From Octopus bimaculoides (lineage: Eukaryota): DNA of 64,000 nt. The translations under genes and the position numbers were made by a program. The stretch is taken from positions 95,283,512 to 95,347,511 of the forward strand of contig NC_068981.1 in assembly GCF_001194135.2 (NCBI RefSeq), written 5' to 3'. Below are positions 1-13,114 of this stretch, piece by piece. The notes below the pieces were generated by a model, which was not told the DNA's origin, searched no databases, and saw nothing but the letters and a program-made list of their open reading frames with translations. Every line of letters begins with the position of its first letter. Position 1 is the stretch's first letter.

Positions 1-3
1 TTT

Positions 4-256
4 TGTTATGTTTCCCTCGGACTGACTCGCAGAGATAACATAACGAGTTATACAATTTAATTATTACATTTATTGTTCAATTACATACAAAGAACGCACT
101 CACCCAATGTTCGTTATGAATAAACAAAAGTCATGTCCGCCATATATATATCAATGACATTTTACTACGACAGTCCCACAAGACAACAACAATGAAACAA
201 TGAACTCAGACGAACCACATGACACACGGAACGTCAGACGAATTACATATCTAACA
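4..256 (-). mobile_element. Candidate solo LTR
   Basis: Begins TGTTA (4-8) and ends TAACA (252-256); minus-strand AATAAA about 65 nt from the minus-strand 3' end. No TSD can be confirmed at the window edge. Confidence 0.3.
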
Positions 257-279
257 GTCCATATAACAATTTTCATACT

Positions 280-545
280 TGTCATTACTGCCATCTCTCA
301 AAATCTCATCACCTTACTCTTAGCTACATTCAGTTTCCTCCTCTCACACATTCTTCCGAACTCTACCACCAGTCTCCCCAGCTGCTCTTCCAAATTTGCC
401 ACCCTTGCTGTATCATCAGCAAACAACAACTGTGCTCTCTCACCATTTGAGATCCCCTACCAAGGGTTCAAGTATTTACCTCACACCATCCATATATAAA
501 TTAAACAGCCATGGAGACATCACACATCCTTGTCTTAACCCCACC
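280..545 (-). mobile_element. RTE-clade LINE RT fragment (decayed)
   Basis: Minus strand reads LLFADDTARVANLEEQLGRLVVEFGRMCERRKLNVAKSKVMR; same family as 33105-33359. The + ORF 200..499 is its antisense shadow. Confidence 0.8.
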
Positions 546-669
546 TTCACATAAACCACTCACTTATTTCACCACTCATTTTATTTTACGCCCATTTTAT
601 AATTAATTCACTACATTACATACACTTCTCAGTGTCGATATAATATTGTTTCTTACTATTCTTTTGTAG

Positions 670-792
670 GATGTGCCTTTAATAAAAGTTTGGAAAATGT
701 ATTTAAAGATCGTCAAATTGAAGATCTTTGGATACCCTACTTTTGTGTCACCACTGACATTTGCTCTTCTTCAATGAGAGTTCATACCACAG
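670..792 (+). CDS. PNPLA6/PNPLA7: NTE/sws exon A (internal; gene starts upstream of window)
   Basis: tttgtag|GA acceptor and G|gtaagg donor. Encodes (G)[40 protein letters not shown], matching NTE [20 protein letters not shown]. Confidence 0.95.
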
Positions 793-1160
793 GTAAGGAA
801 AGCATTATTTGGTCTACTAATGTCTCTGAAATTAATGTGATACTTCATAATACATGCTCTCTTAACTTTAATCCTGATTTCAAGAAATAAAGAGAATAAC
901 TAGATGATATACTACTGACTACAACATTTAAATGTGACTGCAGCCATTATTATACCTTAAATTTACAAGAATTTCAGCTGTTTTGGAGAAGAAAATCAAT
1001 GCAGATTATGAAATCCAGTTTTGTTCTATTTGACTGCATCAGCAACACCAATAGTTTAATGTCCATTTTTTTTTTTTTTGTGCTGGCAGGTTTTATGAAA
1101 GCTTGTAGAAAAACTTTTATCTTTGATGTTCTTGAATTTGATATTAAGTTGACTTGAGAG

Positions 1161-1373
1161 GCAAGCTGACAAAATTGATAGCAGGTCAGGCAAAATGCTT
1201 AGTGGCTTTTCATCCATCTTTACATTCTGAGTTCAGATTCTGCCAAGGCTGACTTTGCCTTTCATCCTTTTGGGGTTGATAAGATAAGTACCAGTGGAGC
1301 ACTAGGGTTGAAGTAATCAACTTACCTCCACCCCTGAAATTGCTGGCCTTGTGCCAAAATTTGAAACCAATAT
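1161..1373 (+). mobile_element. tRNA-derived SINE, family A
   Basis: Shares head, B-box-like gagttca and core tttgcctttcatccttt(c/t)ggggt(c/t)gataa..taagtaccag with the near-consensus copy at 59758. Confidence 0.85.
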
Positions 1374-1781
1374 TAAGTTGACTTAGTTTAATGTGTTCGG
1401 CTTTTGATGACATGGCCAGAATACAAACTTCACTCTAGTTATTGCACTTGACATACAGGCAGGTCACAATACTTGTTTCACTCTGTCTAGATAAATGATG
1501 AATGAACACATTGGGTGATGTAGTCCTGTACTATGTACTCTTAAAGGACGGGATGGTACAACTAAAATGCCTTTGATCATATGCCTACTGGATTAAGGCT
1601 AACCTAATCCATGGTGTTGAATAATAATGAACAAAGAAATAAATTTATATGACATAATCAAAAATGCTGACTAGGTAAAAATAGATTTAAAACAAAGTAA
1701 AATATTCTAAATTGTCATTAGTCTTCATAAGACCATCTTTATGTTGTTAAGTATCTTTATTTGTTTTAATGCATTCTATTT

Positions 1782-2039
1782 AGGTGCAGGTAGCACATAA
1801 AACACGCCATTTCGAGCGTGGCCGTTGCCAGTACCCACCTGACTGGCCCTCGTGCCGGTGGCACGTAAATGCACCCACTACACACGCAGAGTGGTTGGCG
1901 TTAGGAAGGGCATCCAGCTGTAGAAACTCTGCCAAATCAGATTGGAGCCTGGTGTCTCCTCCTGGTCCACCAATCCTCACTCAAATCGTCCAACCCATGC
2001 TAGCATGGAAAGCAGACGTTAAACGATGATGATGATGAT
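1782..2039 (+). mobile_element. RTE LINE 3' UTR with (GAT)n tail
   Basis: Closely matches the reverse complement of the 3' end of the RT-bearing copy at 4262-5208; palindrome CCATGCTAGCATGG (1995-2008) before the tail. Confidence 0.88.
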
Positions 2040-2125
2040 TTTCACTCTCTTTTATAGTTAGCTATCAGTCATTCATTTATCTTCTAAATTTTGATGTTAA
2101 AGATTGTTACATTTTCTACTTATAG

Positions 2126-2242
2126 GTTCGCTTTGGCGCTATGTTCGAGCCAGTATGTCTTTATCTGGATATCTTCCACCTCTTTGTGATCCAATTGATG
2201 GCCATCTATTGTTAGATGGTGGATATGTTAATAACCTTCCAG
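2126..2242 (+). CDS. PNPLA6/PNPLA7: NTE/sws exon B, patatin catalytic Asp (DGG)
   Basis: tatag|GT ... G|gtatgt, phase 1 to 1. Encodes [39 protein letters not shown]. Confidence 0.97.
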
Positions 2243-3294
2243 GTATGTGGCTTTCTATAAGCTTTTAATCCTTTAAAGTTTTCTGTAACTGAAATATTCG
2301 AGAAAGTCTTAGTAAATTGGTTTAGAATATACAAGGTATTATTAGTTTAACTGAGGTGCATGACTGCAGGGTTAAGTTCACTTTGTAACCATATGCTTTT
2401 GGATTCTGTCTCAATACATAACAGCGGTTGTAAGTGTCTTTTACTATAACCTTGGACCAACCAGTGACTTATAAGTGAATTTGAGAGACAGAAACAGAAG
2501 GAAGCCCATTGTATATATGTGACGTGTGTGTATAAATGTTGTATGAAAGTTATTTCACATTTGTCACAGCTTGAGCAGAACAATGATGATGTTGACATTC
2601 TTTGTTGATATTAGGAATGGTATTTTGAAATCTCTCACTTGAAAATGCAGGTAAGGGTTTACAACAGGAAGAGTAGCCGGCTGTAAAATCCAGTCTCATA
2701 TAATTCCTATTCTAACCCATGATAGCTTTGGAAAACTGATGTTAAAACAAATTTCAGTTCAACTTTGCACTTTAGAAAATAGTTTCACTTGTTTTTAGTG
2801 ATATACTACTGATAGACACAAAACTTAAAGGGGTGGGGGTCATAGAAAAAATTTTTTAAATGATAGTATTTGTTGCTAACATTGCAATTAGGAATTTCAC
2901 TAGAATTCTCATTCCTTTGTAAATACTGCATTCTTTGATGTCATCTTCTAGTTCTTAATATTTGGAATATTTATCATAATGAATATTGTTAACAGATACT
3001 CTTACTGTAGTGATTCTGTACATGTTTTTGAATATCATTACCTTAATTGAATAAATTAATTAAACTGTTATTGGATACTGTGTGTGTCTGTTCACTGTCT
3101 TGAGTGCTTGGATGGAGTGGGGCTATATGATTAGTTTACATTGTTGTATGTATATCTTGTAAACTGTCATGCTAGATAAGAGGAAAATAGTCTAGTTGTT
3201 TTTATTGATTTTGTCAGAAAGTAACAGCATATGATTATCACTATTACATTTATTTTATTTTTAATATTCTTGTTTTCTGTTTTTTTTTTTCCAG

Positions 3295-3443
3295 CTGATG
3301 TGATGCGTGCTAAAGGTGCTCAAACAATATTTGCTGTTGATGTAGGCAGTCAAACTGAAGATGAACTCACAAATTATGGGGATGAACTCTCAGGTTGGTG
3401 GCTTCTCTGGAACCGCTGGAATCCATGGGCAAAAAATGTGAAG
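3295..3443 (+). CDS. PNPLA6/PNPLA7: NTE/sws exon C
   Basis: ttttccag|CT ... AAG|gtatga. Encodes [50 protein letters not shown]. Confidence 0.97.
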
Positions 3444-4259
3444 GTATGATTATATTTTCTTTGACTTAGATTTTTTTGTTGTTTTTCTTTTAGAATTGCA
3501 TCTTGTTGTCTTATACAAAGGACTTAAACTCATTAGTATACATAAAATACATAAACTTTAACCTATTATTTTTTGGGATGTTGCATATCTAGAACAACAT
3601 TATCCAGTGTTAATTTTTTTAAAAATCAGTAGGTATGATTTAAGGGAAATTTGGCTGCTATTTCTAGCCATTCAAGTGACTATACTGAATCTCACACATT
3701 AACTTGACATATATAGTTTCAGTAAGTGCATTTGTGTAACTAACATTAGAAAATTGTATAACTGATGACTGAATTTCTCTGGCTACCTTATAGTGAGTTC
3801 TGTCAGCAATTTCTTAAATTTTTTTTTCTAGTGTTGTGTTAGTCTTTTCCAGCAATCACCTTAGAGATGCTTCATAAATTGTATTATTTGTAATTTTGAA
3901 TTGTATTATCACTGAGTTAAAATTCAAATTTTAAAAAAAGATGAGATAATTACTACTAGAACAATTTTGATATATTTTAGAATCTTTTGAAACTACTGTT
4001 TCATTAACTGTCTACCGTTGTATATTGCAAGAATAAAATTGATTTTTGCAATTTGTTTTATAGCACTCAATAAGTTTTTTGTTACAATAACCTTTTTTTA
4101 TTCTTCATCAATTTTGTTATAATGAAACTGAGCCTTTATGGATACTGACTTGCATGCTAAATTTCTAAGTGAAAAATGTGCAATAAATATAAATGAAGTG
4201 CAGTTAGTACAGAGAAACACCTTGAGTAGGTCAATGAAAATTAATTCAGGACAAAGTGG

Positions 4260-4261
<2 letters not shown>

Positions 4262-4291
<30 letters not shown>

Positions 4292-5208
4292 GTTTAACGT
4301 CCGCCTTCCATGCTAGCATGGGTTGGACGATTTGACTGAGGACTGGTGAAACCGGATGGCAACACCAGGCTCCAGTCTAATTTGGCAGAGTTTCTACAGC
4401 TGGATGCCCTTCCTAACGCCAACCACTCAGAGAGTGTAGTGGGTCCTTTTACGTGTCACCCGCACGAAAACGGCCACGCTCGAAATGGTGTCTTTTATGT
4501 GCCNNNNNNNNNNNNNNNNNNNNNNNNNNNNNNNNNNNNNNNNNNNNNNNNNNNNNNNNNNNNNNNNNNNNNNNNNNNNNNNNNNNNNNNNNNNNNNNNN
4601 NNNNNNNNNNNNNNNNNNNNNNNNNNNNNNNNNNNNNNNNNNNNNNNNNNNNNNNNNNNNNNNNNNNNNNNNNNNNNNNNNNNNNNNNNNNNNNNNNNNN
4701 NNNNNNNNNNNNNNNNNNNNNNNNNNNNNNNNNNNNNNNNNNNNNNNNNNNNNNNNNNNNNNNNNNNNNNNNNNNNNNNNNNNNNNNNNNNNNNNNNNNN
4801 NNNNNNNNNNNNNNNNNNNNNNNNNNNNNNNNNNNNNNNNNNNNNNACGCAGCTATCCTCATCCATTCTCACCACATGTCCATACCAGCGCAATCGTCTC
4901 TCTTGCACGCCACAACTGATGCTTCTAACGTTCAGCTTTTCTCTCAAGATACTTACACTCTGACGGGTATTCACATTGACATTACACATCCAACGGAGCA
5001 TACTGGCTTCATTCCTTGCGAGCTTACGTATGTCCTCAGCAGTTACAGCCCATGTTTCACTGCCATGTAGCATGGCTGTTCGTACACATGCGTCATACAG
5101 TCTGCCTTTTACTCTGAGTGAGAGTCCCTTTGTCGCCAGCAGGGGTAAGAGCTCTCTAAACTTTGCCCAGGCTATTCTTATTCTAGCAGCTACACTTTCA
5201 GCGCACCG
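4262..5208 (-). mobile_element. 5'-truncated RTE LINE (RT C-terminus, 3' UTR, (GAT)n tail); spans a gap
   Basis: Minus frame ARIRIAWAKFRELLPLLATKGLSLRVKGRLYDACVRTAMLHGSETWAVTAEDIRKLARNEASMLRWMC...RRLRWYGHVVRM; (CAT)n at 4263-4290. Confidence 0.92.
4504..4846. other. Assembly gap
   Basis: Run of N. Confidence 0.99.
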
Positions 5209-6195
5209 AGTTGAGGAAAAGACTACTCATTATCTATTCATTTTACTCTAAATGCAATAAAATCCTGTTTTATTATTTGATTAACCAACATGTTTTTAGC
5301 TTTATGTCTGAAGAGAAGAATATGCAATTCATGGGTATTACTGGATTATGTGAAGAGATTGAAATTGTTACATTTTTGCATTTTATAATAAGATCAAACA
5401 CAATATTTGCTGAATAACTACTTTGCTGAATAACTACTTTGAAATGTTTTTTGTTTTATTAAATATTTTAATTTGTTGAAATGGTGTCTGAGAAGTGGGT
5501 TCCTTTCTTTGTGCTTCCAGTTTCATCCCTAACTCCCTGGGACCACTTCCATTTCTTATTTGCATTATCATTCTTTCCTATACTTTTCCACCAGTCACAA
5601 TTCTCTACCTTCAGTCATTGCACTCTCTCCTCTTCTATACTCCATGATGATACCTCTCATACTGGTATCATGTCCCACCTGCTATAGCCACCCTTATGTA
5701 CTTCTACATCTCCCTTCCCACTGTTTCTACCTCTACTTTCTTATTTATTCTCCTGCCTGATCCACTTCTATCTCTCCCTCCTTATCCCCTCTCCATATTG
5801 GTATTTCCTATCAACTACACCTCCACCTTTGTTTATCACTCACTACAGTCATCTCTACTCCCATCTCTAATCATCTATTCCTCTTGCCTCTCACTCTTGG
5901 GAAACTACTCCCTCTCACCCCTAATCCACTCTCTTTATCCTTAATTATATGCATCTTGTATTTTGAGATGCTCTGGCACCACATCATCACCATCTCCACC
6001 TTCTTTCTGGCTACTTCCACTCACCCAGTAACCATGTATCTCCTCTTTCGCAAGATACTTGTGCTTTCCTCTCTATCATACATTAGCCTTTCAATACCTG
6101 GTATAAAACCAATGTCACCCACCTCAAATACACCCAACTACTTAGTCAAGGGAGCTTTTTGTTTTCTTGTTCCAGTCTTGCAAGTTACTTGGTAA

Positions 6196-6385
6196 CTTCA
6201 CGAGCACTGGTAGCACAAAAAAAAGCACTCAATAGCACTGTAAAGTGGTTGGCATTAGGAAGGGCGTCCAGCTGTAGAAACCATACCAAAGCTGACCTTG
6301 GAGCTTGATGTGGCTCTAGGGCACACTGGATCCTGCAAAACTATCTAACCCATGCCAGCATGGAAAACAAACATTAAATGAGGAT
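6196..6385 (+). mobile_element. RTE 3' UTR fragment (older)
   Basis: gtggttggcattaggaagggcgtccagctgtagaaac ... acccatgccagcatggaaa, homologous to 1782-2039. Confidence 0.8.
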
Positions 6386-7088
6386 AAACCACCAAACTAC
6401 ACATCAATTTGCAATTCAGTTTTCTATTATTGAGTTTCTCTTTTTCCTCTGTTATTACATAAGTGTAACGTAGGTATTTCAAAATATCTCATGGAGTGAG
6501 TGTGGTCTGCATAGTTACAGGCTGCCTTTTGGCAAAGCATAGCACCTAATTAGCCATCCTGTCAAAGATATGGCAAAGTCATGGGACTGCAGCATGGTAG
6601 TTATGAAGAGCTCACCTAAGCCAACAGTGCATCTTACGTGGATGCTGAGTGCAGGAATTCTAAAAGATCAATGGCCAGGATCACCAAGCTCTATCAAGAG
6701 AACGGCAATGCAGCCATAGGGGCAGTGCCCATGGCTGTGTAATCAGCTAATGAAAAATCCACTATGGATGAAGCTCCTAATTCAAATTAATAATAATGAA
6801 ACTGGATGTCATAGGAATCTGTAAAAGTGGCAGAGAGGTGGGGAACCCCACAGAGGTGTAGGTGTTTAATCCTTTGACCAAAAACAATACAACACCAAGG
6901 ATTAGCTACAAAGTATTGACGCCCCAGCTGACATTTTGATATTTTATTCAGTTAAAATTGATTATATGAGTGTATAAAACCAAGGATTAAACAAAATCCA
7001 TCCCCTTCAAGTGTTGAATGAATTTTGTTGCTGGTAGATTGCATGAATGGGTTGAGCTAAATGTTTAATGTTTGTGTTCATATTCCAG

Positions 7089-7241
7089 GTACCAGACATG
7101 AATGAAATCCAGTCTCGGCTAGCATATGTATCGTGTGTGAGACAACTTGAAATGGTGAAAAATAGCGACTACTGTGAATATGTGAGACCACCAATTGACA
7201 AATTCAAAACATTACAATTCGGAAGTTTTGATGAAATATAT
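7089..7241 (+). CDS. PNPLA6/PNPLA7: NTE/sws exon D
   Basis: ttccag|GTA ... TAT|gtaagt. Encodes [51 protein letters not shown]. Confidence 0.97.
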
Positions 7242-8391
7242 GTAAGTTTATTTAATTATTTAAAAAAAATAATTCGCTTTTATTTGAAAACATTATTGTA
7301 TCTAAATAGCGAGAAATCCCAAAAGGGTCTGTGGCATAACATTATTTGACAGGGTACTTAGCTTGGAGATAAGGTCTCTGTAGGTTCAGTCACTACTTCT
7401 CTGCATTGACAGGTCACGCAACAAACATGTGATGAGAATGTCACAGGAAAGAATCATAAGACAAATACTTCAAGCTAAACCAATTGGCAGGAGACCTAGG
7501 GGTATGTGATGGTTGGGTAATCACCATAGTCTCTGTTGGTCATGCTTGGGAATGAAAAAAAAAACATTAAAAGTATAAGAGATAAAATTATCGATAAAAA
7601 GAAAACCCATAACTATCTCAGTAAGAAAAATATGATGGTGTGGCATTAAGCAGCTGAAGATGGTGGGGGAGGGAATAACAGGTGGTACATCCCTGAACAA
7701 ATGGTGTATTAAGCTATGCCTTATGGACATGATTGCAAAGGTGTTGCTACAGAATGGTCTGTGATACTTACTGCAGTAACCTTCCCACCTCACAGGGCTC
7801 TGTTTCAAAACAATCAAATCTTGTTTCAAAACAAATATAAACCTCATTTTCATTTTAGTTTCTATTCTTTTGATTTTGTATCTATTTTATAAACTGTCAC
7901 TATATTACAAGAATCATTAATTTTTACAACTATAATAAAACTGCAAGAGGATCTCACATTCACGGAATTATTAGTTCCAATCTTTCTGTGACGTCTTTCA
8001 TGGTATCTAGTAATAGATAGCAGATGGTATTCAGTAATAGATATCGTCCTATGATGGACTTGTGTCCCATGATGGACTTGTCTTGTTTAGGGCAGAGTAT
8101 TGTAATCTCAGTCACATGTATGCCATGCAAACCAGATTAAGTGTTCAGATTGTAAATGTACATCTTTTGACTCTATGTAATATGACTGATAATAAAAACA
8201 AAAGTAAATATGACAGTATATGCAAGGTAGTATGACTACACCACTGTGGATTTTTTTTCCTTTTTTTATTTTTTTTTTAGAGTACAATTATTTTTATTAA
8301 CCTATTTTTTACAGGAAGCTTTAAGTATAGTAGAAAATAATCACTTCAAATGTTATGTTTCCCTCTCTCTCTCTGAAATATTGTCTTGTAG

Positions 8392-8514
8392 GAAGTTGGT
8401 TACCATCATGCTAAAACACTGTTCAGTGGCTGGATCAAAGGAGGACTTTTAAAAGATCTCTTCATGGAAAAATCAGAAGAAAGGAAGTTCAAAAAGAAAG
8501 CATCGCCATTATTT
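8392..8514 (+). CDS. PNPLA6/PNPLA7: NTE/sws exon E
   Basis: cttgtag|GAA ... TTT|gtaaga. Encodes EVGYHHAKTLFSGWIKGGLLKDLFMEKSEERKFKKKASPLF, continuing the NTE VGYQYGK..F.GW motif. Confidence 0.9.
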
Positions 8515-8585
8515 GTAAGAATATCATTGAAAAATTTACTGTTTTTCCAATAGTTGCCATTTCTGTACATTTTTCTTAGCTTTGT

Positions 8586-8587
<2 letters not shown>

Positions 8588-8672
<85 letters not shown>
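8588..8672. repeat. (TG)n microsatellite
   Basis: About 42 units, seen directly. Confidence 0.98.
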
Positions 8673-8681
<9 letters not shown>

Positions 8682-9566
8682 CATGCATACATACATACAT
8701 ACACACATACATAATGTGAAGTTTATTGACTTGTTACAGAACTGGAATTAGCAAATTAGTAAAATATTTTGTGTGTAGTGCCTTTTTTAAAAATCCTTTT
8801 GTTGAGATATTTGAATTACTATTTTAAACATGCCAATAAATTAACACCCTAAACTTGTCATCTTAACTGGCTTGCTTTGTCTTCCTATTCTCCTCCTCAC
8901 TGGTCTTCTACTAGTCTCTTTTTGTTTCCTTTCTTCTTAACAATTGATCTTAAATGTTGAAACTGAATATTAACATAATGTAGTCTTATATATCCATTTA
9001 GTGTTGACTATCAGAAAAAAAAAGAGTACTCAATACCATAGTACAGATTAATGTGTTGTTCAAGTAGTCTCTTGCTTCTCCGAGTTTCACCTGTGGGTGT
9101 ACAGAGTCTTCAGCTTGGAGGAAATGGGCTATGACCATGGCCTTGGCAGGCCCTCTGTGACCAGAGAGATTGTTGCAGTTAATGTTCTTCTTGAATAACT
9201 ACAAGTTCATGATTGTTGCAAGGAAAATGCAGAAGGAGGACAGTCTGAGAAGGAAGGATTGAAAAGGAGTGAGAAAGGGGAAAGAGACAGTATGGGCAAT
9301 GAAGAAATGTGAATGAATTTGGTAGGTCTGATAGAAGTGGCATGAGATCAACCACCTACAAGGAACAGAGGTTGTAGTAGTGATGGCAGAAGATACAAAA
9401 TGAGGAAATAGCTTGTCTGTGGTCTAGGTGTTGTGAGCAAGTTCATGCCAATCAGTCAAGTGACCCAAGTGACTTTTTTTTGCATGAGGTTCATGATGGA
9501 ATTTACGACTGCTCAATTCTAAACATTAGTCCTGGCACTCTTGGTCTTCCAGAAGGACTGGGAGAT

Positions 9567-9930
9567 GTGGTGATTTGCTGTACTTGATAAGATGCATCAA
9601 GCTAAGTAAAATCTTTATCTTCAACACATACAGGATTGTCCTTTCAGGTGCTGGTGCTACTTAAAAAGCACCTATGCTGGTGCTGCATTAATGCACCCAT
9701 GCTGGTGCTGCATTAATGCACCCATGCTGGTACAGTGTAAATGCACCTGTGCCAGTGACTCATAAAAACACCCAGCACCTCTAAGTGGTTGGTGTTAGGA
9801 AGGGCATCCAACCATAGAAGCCATGCTACAACAGACAATTGGAGTCTGGACAGCTCTCTGCTAGCCAGCTCCATGTCAAACTATCCTACCCATGCCTGCA
9901 TGGAAAGAGGATGCTAAACAATGACTATGA
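9567..9930 (+). mobile_element. RTE 3' UTR fragment with internal ~25-bp tandem units
   Basis: Same 3' UTR motifs; five units at 9648-9773. Confidence 0.8.
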
Positions 9931-12600
9931 AACATTTTTGAAACCTGTGTGGCTTTGTTGCTAGCTGTTTTGGTAATAGTGCAACTGCTACAGTTGATGT
10001 TGATGTACACAATTGAATCATAAGAGCTTAAGGAAGTATAAATGTATGCTGGGTAACCTAGATATTAGAGTATTTGTAGTACAGTATAGTGTTGTTAATT
10101 TTGAAATTTTTATATTCTTGTGTCACCTATTTAAGATGTAAGCTTTTATTGAACATATACAAACCATTCATGCTGTGGCCATTGTATATTTATAAGTATA
10201 AGGTTTAGTGCTCTGTACAAGGTCTCTATTTAAAGGTAGTAAAGACTTTGAGTGATATTTGTTTTAGGAATGACAGAAACTTCCTCACTATTGTTATTGT
10301 CTGGAAAGTCGTCTGTTGCTCTGTTCAAAATGTAACAGGTTAATTTGCTTTAATTAAGTGACTGTAGTCAGTTAATTTCAGTGGTTTTGATTGACTGTGA
10401 GTCATCTGGCAGAATTTGCTTTACACCAGAAAACAGTTATGATATTCTATCCTACAGATTGGGAGGGATTCTTACTTTTTGGGTCAAATTTTTCCAATCT
10501 AAGAATTCAAACCAACCAAATTCAGCTGCTATAAAGATAGTTATATTTATATGAATTAACCGTTTTGGGGTTTTCTGAATGCTTTTTCGTAGCAACTAAT
10601 TATACAGGAAATAATGTTTTTCTTAGTGTTGCTGTTTCATCTTTTTATATAAATACATCTTTGTGTTTAATACTAGCATTAGTATTATGGTTGTTAAAGT
10701 GTTAAATCTGTTGCATTGTTCAGATAATTAGTATTACCTATTTGTTTATTGCATTCTTAAACATTAAAGTCTACACAATATCAAATATATGTAGTAATTA
10801 CACACCCTCCCACACACTATTTTTATTCTGAAATTTTTGTACTCTTTAGCAGGCTGATATGAGCCTTTTACAAGGCAGGAAGTAAAGTGGTGATCCTAAA
10901 ATTACAGGCCAAGGATATGTATCTACTCCATTCGAACTCCTAGTAAGGTTATTGATGCTCATGCTTCAGCTAGCTATTATATATATTCATATAATATATA
11001 CACAAAAGGCCTTATTAGATCTTGTATTTTTGGATGAAATCGCAAACCCTTTCCAGCTTTTTGCAGCTTTAAAAAGATCATATACATAGCAACATGCACT
11101 TCTAAATCTTTTTATTCAATTTGTCAACAAGCAGATTTTTTTTTTTTAAATATCTGACAAATATCTTGCATTTAAATATTTATGGGATACATAAAAATTG
11201 ATTTCTTCTCCTTGCATGAACATTCCTACCATAGCTTATTTCAGCTGTCAGTTATATTCCAGTTGGTATTGGTTAATAATGAGCATAACTTCTGTTTTAT
11301 GAGTTTTTGAAAATCATTTAAACTAGGGTAACTTATAAAACCATTTGAGCATGTTATTCGAACCATAGAGTTTAAGAAGAAATATTGTGAATATTTTCTT
11401 TCTAGTCTCCAACATAATATAAGTAAATGACTAGAAATTGGGTGATGGGGCAGACCGTTGATCATGTTAACCCCATTACTTGACAGGTACATGACTTCCA
11501 AGTCATCTTCTCTTGGCACGCTTGAGGCCTGAAGGGTTTTAGAGAGGTGGGAAAATGTTACTTATGCTATCCTTTCTTATTCACTGTATAAATTGAAATA
11601 AAATAACTACAACTAGTAAATGAAATCTGCTCATAGAGTTGATTTATCAGAAACTTATTTACTCTAGAGTAATTGTAAATGTTTACTGAACCTCAAAAGG
11701 CTTCAAAGGATTAGTTTAGCTCCAGTTTTATGGTCTTAAAGCAGATAGTGATCAAATATACTTAATAAAATATTTGTGTTCTTCATAACATTTCCACATA
11801 ATCTGATAGCTATTTCTGATAGATAGTAAAAGATAAAGAATTAAGTGTACTCCAAAATCACAAGAAGCCTTACGACTTTCAGAATGGCTTATGAAAGCTA
11901 TATCCACTTAGCTATTTCTCTACAACAATAAGTCTTCTGTGCACATTCTCTCTTTTATGTACTGATTCTGTGTGTCTTTAAACACCATTATTACCAAATT
12001 TAGCAATGTAAATTAGAAGTAAGGCTTTAGCTGTGTACCTTGGCTCCCAGTTGGCAGCTATATTACTTATATTGGTAATGAAATTGAAAAGGATACAAAC
12101 CTTTTACATCTGAGCATTGTTCCTTTATAAAGCTCCAATTTTACTGTTTGGTTTAGAATTGATCCTGGAGAATACATTATTAAATTCCATTGTTCTGCAT
12201 TCCAGTTTTACATTTTGCTTTAGCTTTTTTTACAAAGTATATTTTCTTTCATATACATATATGATGTCATATTGTGTTATTCAGTGTCCAGTTTAATATT
12301 GATTTGCTACAGTTTATATTCTTATTAATCTACATTTATAATTCCTTATTTTCTGCTTTCACCATATGGCAATGATCTTTATGTTTCTTCATTGTACTGT
12401 ATCTTGATATCCTGAGATTTGGTATGCGAAATGTATCTGAGGTTAATCATAAATCAGTAGTCTTTTTTTCCCCCTTACTTGTGAAATAGTTACCCAAATG
12501 ATTCACAATGGATAATATAGTAAAAAGCATTAAAGAGAAAAATAGTGCTCTATGTCTGTATGAGAGATTGTCATGCAATTTTGCTCTATTTATTTCTTAG

Positions 12601-12694
12601 CCATCAATGCCTACTGTGGCTAATTTCACTGATCTTGCTGAATTGGTCAGCAAGATAGAAGAGCATGCTGTTAACTATAGTTCTGAGAGTGAAG
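12601..12694 (+). CDS. PNPLA6/PNPLA7: NTE/sws exon F
   Basis: tttcttag|CCA ... G|gtaagt. Encodes PSMPTVANFTDLAELVSKIEEHAVNYSSESE, matching the conserved NTE FTDLAEIVSRIE motif. Confidence 0.92.
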
Positions 12695-13114
12695 GTAAGT
12701 ATATTATCTTTAATTTATATATAGTTTTACATGCATTTTTTTCTTTTTTTATTTTGGTGATAGGTTGTACAAATTTTGAATATTTTATAGTTACTGGGAA
12801 CTGGGTAGGCTATTGCAAAAACAGCAATATATTAAACTTTGGACTACTAGTCTAGTCATTGGCTGTACTAAAAAGTTTTAACTTCTTTAACCTCATGATC
12901 TTGTTGTTAGTCCAATGTTTTATATTCAGGAACAAATATGGAAAACATTCCTGAACACTCAGTATTTTCCTTTTGTACTTTGATTTCAATGTTTTCTTTT
13001 GACAAATGCAAGCAACTTAACTGTAACTCCAGTTTGGTTTTCTGTGATTATTTTGTGGAAACTATTACAATATGTAAAGCAACTATATTCTTAAGATAAA
13101 TGTATTATTAAGGT

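Noticed and set aside
5560-6050. Overlapping L/S/P-rich ORFs
   Set aside because: CT-rich, probably the antisense of a decayed LINE; no splice-consistent frame.
9050-9560. Possible decayed CR1-like endonuclease on the minus strand
   Set aside because: Too degraded for me to support with a diagnostic motif.
9648-9773. CRISPR-like look of the palindromic tandem units
   Set aside because: No unique spacers, embedded in an RTE 3' UTR, eukaryotic context, no cas genes.
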